Assembly: GCF_028368995.1 (NCBI RefSeq)
Contig: NZ_JAQNDL010000001.1
Coordinates: 3,904,001 to 3,968,000, forward strand
Direction of reading: 5' to 3'
Length of the DNA stretch: 64,000 nt
DNA from: Nannocystis bainbridge
GTDB lineage: Bacteria; Myxococcota_A; Polyangia; Nannocystales; Nannocystaceae
The translations under genes were made by a program, and so were the position numbers. The stretch's first letter is position 1; every line of letters begins with the position of its first letter. The notes below the pieces were generated by a model. That model saw only the letters and a list, made by a program, of their open reading frames with translations. It was not told the origin of the DNA and made no database searches. Shown here in pieces: positions 62,137 to 64,000 of the stretch.

Positions 62137-63714
62137 GTGACTTCCGACTTCGACTACGACTTCATCGTCGTCGGCTCCGGCTTCGGCGGCAGCGTCTCCG
62201 GCCTCCGGCTGACCGAGAAGGGCTACCGCGTCCTCATGCTCGAGAAGGGCGGCGAGCTCGGGCCGGCCGAGTTTCCGAAGACCAACTGGAACCTCAAGCG
62301 GTGGCTGTGGATGCCGAAGCTCGGCTGGCGCGGCCTGTTTCAGATGACCTTCTTCCGCCACGTCACCGTGCTCTCGGGCGTCGGCGTCGGCGGCGGCTCG
62401 CTGGTCTACGCCAACACGCTACCTGTCCCGAAGCACAGCTTCTTCGAGTCGCCCTCGTGGGCTCGCCTCGCCGACTGGGAGAACGAGCTGAAGCCGCACT
62501 ACGAGACCGCGCTGCGGATGCTCGGCGCGGCGCCGAACCCTGCGGTCACCCCGGTCGACCGGGTCATGCGGGGCGTCGCTGCCGACATGGGCAAGACCGT
62601 CGAGCCGACCCATGTCGCGGTCTATTTCGGCGAGCCGGGCAAGACCGTGGCCGACCCGTACTTCGGCGGCAGCGGCCCCGAGCGGACCGGCTGCATTTAC
62701 TGCGGCGGCTGCATGCTCGGCTGTCGCTTCGGCAGCAAGAACACCCTCGACAAGAACTACCTCTTCTTCGCGCGCAAGCGCGGCCTCGAGCTGCAGGCCG
62801 ACACCGAGGTCACCGCCGTGCGCGCCCTGCCGGGCGGTGGTTATCGCGTCGAGGCGCGCAGCGGCACCGGCCTGCTCGGCCGCCAGGCCCGCAGCTTCAC
62901 CGCCCGCAACGTCGTGCTCGCCGGCGGCGTGCTCGGCACCGTCGACCTGCTGCTGCGCATGAAGCAGGACCCCGACGGCCTGCCCAAGTTGTCCGACCGC
63001 CTCGGCGAGAACGTGCGCACCAACTCCGAGTCGCTCATCGGCATCGTCGGCGCCCAGCGTCAGCACGACCTCTCGCGCGGCGTCGCCATCGGCTCGATCA
63101 TCCAGCTCGACGAGCACTCGCACGTCGAGCCCGTGCGCTACTCCGCCGGCTCCGGCTTCTGGCGCCTGCTGCTCGCCCCGCACGTCGCCGGCGAGAAGGC
63201 CCTGGTCCGCCTGTCGCGGTTCGCCGGCGCCTTCCTCCGCCACCCGATCAAGTTCGCCCGCGCCTTGATGGTCCCCGACCTCGCCAAGTACTCGATCATC
63301 CTCCTCTACATGAAGACCGCCGAGGGCACCTTGCGCCTCCGCCTCGGCGCCACCGGCCTCGCCACCGACCTCTCCTCCGGCAAGCCGCCCACCGCATCGA
63401 TCCCCGAGGCCACCGACATCGCCCGTCGCGTCGCCGACAAGATCCAGGGCTACTCGATGTCGCTCGTCACCGAGACCCTGTTCAATATTCCGACCACCGC
63501 CCACATCCTCGGCGGCTGCACCATGGGCGACTCGGCCGAGACCGGCGTCATCGACCATCAGCACCGCGCCTTTGGTTACGACGGCCTCTACGTCATCGAC
63601 GGCTCGGCCGTCTCGGCCAACCCTGGCGTCAACCCCTCGCTCACGATCACCGCCCTCGCCGAGCGGGCCATGAGCCGGATCCCCGCCAACGTCGAGGTCG
63701 CCGCCTCGGCCTGA
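62137..63714 (+). CDS. GMC oxidoreductase, cholesterol-oxidase (ChoD)-like
   Basis: VVGSGFGGSV, GVGVGGGSLVYAN, C..CG.CM.GC..G.KNTLDKNYL, TAHILGGC, N.GVNPSLTITALAERAM. Confidence 0.9.
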   Translation: MTSDFDYDFIVVGSGFGGSVSGLRLTEKGYRVLMLEKGGELGPAEFPKTNWNLKRWLWMPKLGWRGLFQMTFFRHVTVLSGVGVGGGSLVYANTLPVPKHSFFESPSWARLADWENELKPHYETALRMLGAAPNPAVTPVDRVMRGVAADMGKTVEPTHVAVYFGEPGKTVADPYFGGSGPERTGCIYCGGCMLGCRFGSKNTLDKNYLFFARKRGLELQADTEVTAVRALPGGGYRVEARSGTGLLGRQARSFTARNVVLAGGVLGTVDLLLRMKQDPDGLPKLSDRLGENVRTNSESLIGIVGAQRQHDLSRGVAIGSIIQLDEHSHVEPVRYSAGSGFWRLLLAPHVAGEKALVRLSRFAGAFLRHPIKFARALMVPDLAKYSIILLYMKTAEGTLRLRLGATGLATDLSSGKPPTASIPEATDIARRVADKIQGYSMSLVTETLFNIPTTAHILGGCTMGDSAETGVIDHQHRAFGYDGLYVIDGSAVSANPGVNPSLTITALAERAMSRIPANVEVAASA

Positions 63715-63720
63715 CCCGCC

Positions 63721-63786
63721 TGTCCTTCGGGACAGCTTCTCTCGGCCGCGCCGCCTGACCCCGCGAGGGACCTGTCCCTCGGGACA
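63721..63786. repeat. Two consensus 14-bp palindromes downstream of the GMC gene
   Basis: TGTCCTTCGGGACA at 63721; TGTCCCTCGGGACA at 63773. Confidence 0.8.
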
Positions 63787-64000
63787 TCCACATCCTCCGC
63801 CCAGAGGTCCCAGGATCTCCGACACGTGGGCGACCTCGTCCGGGCCTCTCGAGCGACCGCTCGGGTGATGTCCCGCGCACGCGGCTTCCGGGGCTTCGCT
63901 CACTCGCGTCGGGGCGGCGTTCTGCGGGGCTCGTGGTCCCCGGTCGCTTGCGCCGACCTGGCCGGCTCGGTCTACTGCGAGCGCATGTCGGTGGCCGCGC

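Overview
A very GC-rich bacterial chromosomal window. It most resembles a myxobacterium of the Nannocystis type, inferred from a MYXO-CTERM-type sorting tail, Cys-rich 'CGDG..EECD' repeats, TIGR02270/DUF6484-type genes and eukaryote-like Ser/Thr kinases. It holds about 45 CDS, including metH, tlyA, yhbY, an exported tldD/tldE pair, pepE, a CzcCBA-type RND pump, an orphan vgrG module, a phoD-like gene, a carotenoid oxygenase, and NSDHL-like and cholesterol-oxidase-like enzymes. It also has tRNA-Phe(GAA) and tRNA-Ala(CGC). No transposase, integrase or CRISPR array was seen. The most striking feature is not a gene: a 14-bp palindromic motif, consensus TGTCCY-NN-RGGACA (core TGTC-N6-GACA), recurs across the whole window. 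By manual count there are at least 26 strict copies and roughly 70 including degenerate ones. It appears as single sites and as head-to-tail arrays with an exact 14-bp period between genes. It also lies inside coding sequences, where it coincides with rare A/T-ending codons. This suggests a pervasive DNA-level signal, such as a binding site for a chromosome-organising or polymerising protein, whose reader I could not identify in this window. Family assignments come from motif recognition by eye, not from database searches.
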